From the NCBI GenBank assembly GCA_965140415.1, contig OZ223209.1, forward strand, positions 1,120,001 through 1,184,000: DNA of 64,000 nt. The letters run 5' to 3'. The notes under the pieces were generated by a model. That model saw only the letters and a program-made list of their open reading frames with translations. It searched no databases and had not been told where the DNA came from. This document shows, in pieces, positions 60,911-64,000 of this stretch (the first letter of the stretch is position 1; every line of letters starts with the position of its first letter). Made by a program: the position numbers and the translations under genes. The DNA is from Myxococcota bacterium (GTDB taxonomy: Bacteria; Myxococcota_A; SURF-8).

Positions 60911-62977
60911 TTATTCTCCGCGCAGACGATCGGAAATTTGGCTGCGTAATTCGGCGTCTGTTGCAAACACAAACATGTGCACCGGGGTTTCATTCGATAC
61001 CGGAATATCGCTCAGGACAATACGGCGACCATCCATGGTAACAGGATAGGACACATCCTCCACTCGATCCGGAAATATCTCGAACACGTCATTCACTGCA
61101 AGATCGTCCGGTATGGTAACGGACACGCTTATCGTCCGTTCCGTTAAAATCCAGTGGGGTTCATCCTCAATTTGACCGAGCCCATAGAGCAAACAATCTT
61201 GATCGGTTGGAGCAATGTCGGCCGCCAAAGTTATGACTGGGACCACCAGAGCTTCCGGGCTGCGGATTGCTTCAGTTAGCGTGTCGGTGTCACTTGAGGC
61301 CAAGCCTGTCACATCACCTTCGCGAAGTAGAGGCCGGACACCACGCACCATCCAGTTGACATCTGACATGGCCTGCCAGGTATCTGGGAATTCCTTGGCC
61401 AACTCAGTGCCGGCCTGGAACCACATTAAGCCTTTACCGCCTGCCGCTATAACCTCAAATCCTTGAACTAGGATTTCCTGTGGATCGGGATTGATCGTCC
61501 AACCCCCAAGTCCTTGTGCGTATAGCCATGTCGGCCAAGGCATGTGGTTGTTGCGTGCGTTTCGCAAATAATCAAACGGCGCGCGCAGTGGAGGATGATC
61601 ACCAAAATTAAGGATATGGGGTGCACAGCCTGCCGCATAAATATCAATACCTTGCACGTCGGCCATTCCGGCGAACGCGCCGATATGCTTGTTGGTCATA
61701 GCTCCGTTGTAGGTGAGCAATTCCGGGTAGGACCGCCATATTTTCCGAGTCATAGTTGCTTTGTTTTCGGGCTTCGGTCCGCCCTCATCGGTCGTGTAAG
61801 ACCAGTCGGATTCATCGCCGGTCAAGATTCCTGCAATGGCCGATGTGTCAGTCAGGATGTCGAGTGGAGGATCGTCAAACGGAAAGTCGTCACCAAGCAA
61901 GACGTGAACGTCACCGCGAGCGGGCAAGGTTTCGTTGTACATGCTTGTATTGTCGTAACCGCAACCACTTCCGCCTCCCCAATAGTGGTAGAAAGTATCA
62001 AGTCCACCGGCAAGAAAGAAATCCGTTGCGGTATCATTGACTCCAGGCAGCGCACAATCGCCACCTTTCTGCCAGGCTTCTATTGGGAAAAACGGTTTCA
62101 GGTGTCGTCCCACGGCTGCGACCGAAGATTTGTTTTCCGTGTCGATAACAAGTGTCCATGCGCTGCCTGGTCCTGGAGTTTCGCACAGAGGTGCCGACCA
62201 TATCGCGTGCTCTTCTGGATTAAGTGTCGTTGATGGAATACAGATGACACCCCCTTCCATGAGATTAACGCCATTGTACAAAACGCGGGAAACGGTCACT
62301 GCATCATCTCCCGTATTAGTGACGTGAATCAACAAGGTATCGCGGGTGTTGTTGACAGTTACATAGCCAATCGCGAGCGGATGGATGCTAACATCGAACG
62401 TGCCGTTTACCGCTATGCCATTGTCAGTTTCAATTCGGATATGGCCACTCTCGGCACTATCCCATGAGCTACTTCTTGAATGAAACGCAAACCAGACGGG
62501 TTTTCCCGTTTCGACTTGTTCGGGCCACACATGCTGCCAGTCCATCGAGAGCTCTGCCAACAGATCAGTCACTTGGGTGTCGTTGATGAAAACTCCGGTC
62601 ACCGTACCAGTGACTTGGCTGATCGCCGCTATGTGAAATCGGCCGCCATCCAGCGGATCATCGAGAGGCTCGTTATATTGATCGCTGGGTAGATAGTAGT
62701 CTTTGCGGTAGGATGCATAAATGTCTGAATCTACAATCATCGATTCGCAGGCGGGCTGAACTGACCCGCAGCTGGCCAGAGCGGATATCGGTTCAAACCC
62801 GTGAATGTCGAATTCCGAAGACTCGGCATCCGTTCCATCCCTATCGGCCTGTTCCGTTTCAGTTGTGTCTCCATTATTGATGTCGCCATCCAAAGTATCG
62901 CTATTGGATGAACATCCCAATAAAAATAGTAGCAATACCGCTGGTAACAAGGCGGTTATCGGGCTCATTATTTTCAT
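60911..62977 (-). CDS. Hypothetical lipoprotein with possible glycoside hydrolase-like TIM barrel
   Basis: Lipobox LLGC, acidic linker; GDESD, DVQGIDIY, WLYAQG, GGKGLMWF resemble GH barrel strands. Confidence 0.6.
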   Translation of the reverse strand: MKIMSPITALLPAVLLLFLLGCSSNSDTLDGDINNGDTTETEQADRDGTDAESSEFDIHGFEPISALASCGSVQPACESMIVDSDIYASYRKDYYLPSDQYNEPLDDPLDGGRFHIAAISQVTGTVTGVFINDTQVTDLLAELSMDWQHVWPEQVETGKPVWFAFHSRSSSWDSAESGHIRIETDNGIAVNGTFDVSIHPLAIGYVTVNNTRDTLLIHVTNTGDDAVTVSRVLYNGVNLMEGGVICIPSTTLNPEEHAIWSAPLCETPGPGSAWTLVIDTENKSSVAAVGRHLKPFFPIEAWQKGGDCALPGVNDTATDFFLAGGLDTFYHYWGGGSGCGYDNTSMYNETLPARGDVHVLLGDDFPFDDPPLDILTDTSAIAGILTGDESDWSYTTDEGGPKPENKATMTRKIWRSYPELLTYNGAMTNKHIGAFAGMADVQGIDIYAAGCAPHILNFGDHPPLRAPFDYLRNARNNHMPWPTWLYAQGLGGWTINPDPQEILVQGFEVIAAGGKGLMWFQAGTELAKEFPDTWQAMSDVNWMVRGVRPLLREGDVTGLASSDTDTLTEAIRSPEALVVPVITLAADIAPTDQDCLLYGLGQIEDEPHWILTERTISVSVTIPDDLAVNDVFEIFPDRVEDVSYPVTMDGRRIVLSDIPVSNETPVHMFVFATDAELRSQISDRLRGE

Positions 62978-63001
62978 AACATCTCCTCAAACATTATGGG
63001 T

Positions 63002-63817
63002 TCAGCTCAACGAGGACAACAATCTAACCAGCGGATCGTCAGCGGTTATCAGAGTTGAGCGAAATTTCTCAGCGTAATCGTAGTCCGTGTTTTTAGCAGC
63101 TTGCTGTGCCGCGCCGAAAAGTAGCGCCTTCCAATAGTCTGCATAGTCTTCCGTGTTTCGATTTTTAATAAATGGAAGGCCAAACCCGGCGGCTTCCAAT
63201 CGTCTCTTCTGATCCATCATTGCCGTAACAAGCATCGTTTTGTGTTCGAGAACCGCCTGGATCTTTTTTTCGAGAGTTCGTTCGATATTCACCACGGTCT
63301 CGCCATGAACGAAATGGCGGGTGAAATAGTACTGCCCGAGAGGCGTGTGCGGTTCCAGTCCTTGCTCCATGTGCTCCGGGTGAAAGTTTGGATAGCCCGC
63401 CGCCCAGCTTGCATCGGCAGCGGCCTTAGCTGTAACGATATGATCGGGATTTTCGTCGTCCGCGGTCGCCGGGTCGAAACTCACGATGATCTGCGGTTTG
63501 AACTCACGGATCTTTCGGATCATCTTTTCGCGCAATTCGCCGTATGGAGCATCCATCAACTCGCAATCTCGATAATCCAGATCACATGTTTCTTGCACTC
63601 CAAGCGTTCTCATCGCCAGGTGAAACTCCTTTAGATTGATGGCGGCAGCTTGCTCGGGAGATAGTATAAACGAATCTTTTTCATCCTGCGTGACGCGCAC
63701 CACCAAGACATCACAATCCTCTTCCACCCATGATGCAAGCGTTCCTCCTGCAAAAAGGGTAATATCATCCGCGTGTGGTGTTATGGCTAAGGCGCGTCTG
63801 GGTACAAAAGTCGACAT
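63002..63817 (-). CDS. PIG-L/LmbE family deacetylase
   Basis: PHADD, GGTLA, NPDH, KKIQAVLEHKTM, YAEKF. Confidence 0.88.
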   Translation of the reverse strand: MSTFVPRRALAITPHADDITLFAGGTLASWVEEDCDVLVVRVTQDEKDSFILSPEQAAAINLKEFHLAMRTLGVQETCDLDYRDCELMDAPYGELREKMIRKIREFKPQIIVSFDPATADDENPDHIVTAKAAADASWAAGYPNFHPEHMEQGLEPHTPLGQYYFTRHFVHGETVVNIERTLEKKIQAVLEHKTMLVTAMMDQKRRLEAAGFGLPFIKNRNTEDYADYWKALLFGAAQQAAKNTDYDYAEKFRSTLITADDPLVRLLSSLS

Positions 63818-63826
63818 GATTATCCC

Positions 63827-64000
63827 TCAGTCCAGATTGTCAAAGTTTACAGGCGTGTACGGATTGTTCGCATTATTCTCCACGGCCTGCTTGAAGGTGG
63901 GATGGGCGGAGAAGTTGGCGCTGTCAAGTGCTTCAAAGTCCGCTTTGATTTTTTCGTAATCGGCATCCTTAACATCTATACGGTAACCTGGATTGTCCGT
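63827..64000 (-). CDS. C-terminal end of an unknown protein, truncated by the window edge
   Basis: Frame open from 64000 to TGA at 63827 (…NPYTPVNFDNLD*). Confidence 0.6.
   Translation of the reverse strand, partial: TDNPGYRIDVKDADYEKIKADFEALDSANFSAHPTFKQAVENNANNPYTPVNFDNLD

Overview
Three blocks. (1) 1-20.5 kb: a signalling and chemosensory cluster on the + strand (GGDEF cyclase, two multi-PAS hybrid histidine kinases, a CheB-CheR fusion, a HisKA-REC protein without an ATPase domain, a sigma-54 activator, CheW and an MCP). (2) About 20.8-44.1 kb: an integrated satellite-like element, visibly GC-richer than its flanks, with two divergent arms. The right arm carries an AEP primase-helicase, an iteron-like origin, TerS- and TerL-like terminase genes with no portal, capsid or tail gene, and a DUF2924 / large serine recombinase module. 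The left arm carries a tight operon ending in two divergent Ku-like genes and an ATP-dependent DNA ligase fused to a WGR-like domain and a Cdc48/p97-type AAA+ ATPase, followed by an XRE regulator, an IHF/HU protein, an AbiE toxin-antitoxin pair, an AEP-SF2 helicase and a Fic protein. A second, inverted copy of the origin-like array lies in the left arm. (3) 44.2-64 kb: host genes, namely an SGNH lipoprotein, a 2-hydroxyacyl-CoA dehydratase pair and a long minus-strand run of lipoprotein hydrolases with acidic DGD linkers (GH3, two GH50/agarase-like paralogs, GH92, ceramidase-like, penicillin acylase), plus TetR and a PIG-L deacetylase. The best candidate for an undescribed system is the Ku-like pair plus ligase-AAA operon, a possible mobile heterodimeric-Ku end-joining module. 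All family calls come from motif recognition by eye; no searches were run. No CRISPR array, tRNA or rRNA was seen.
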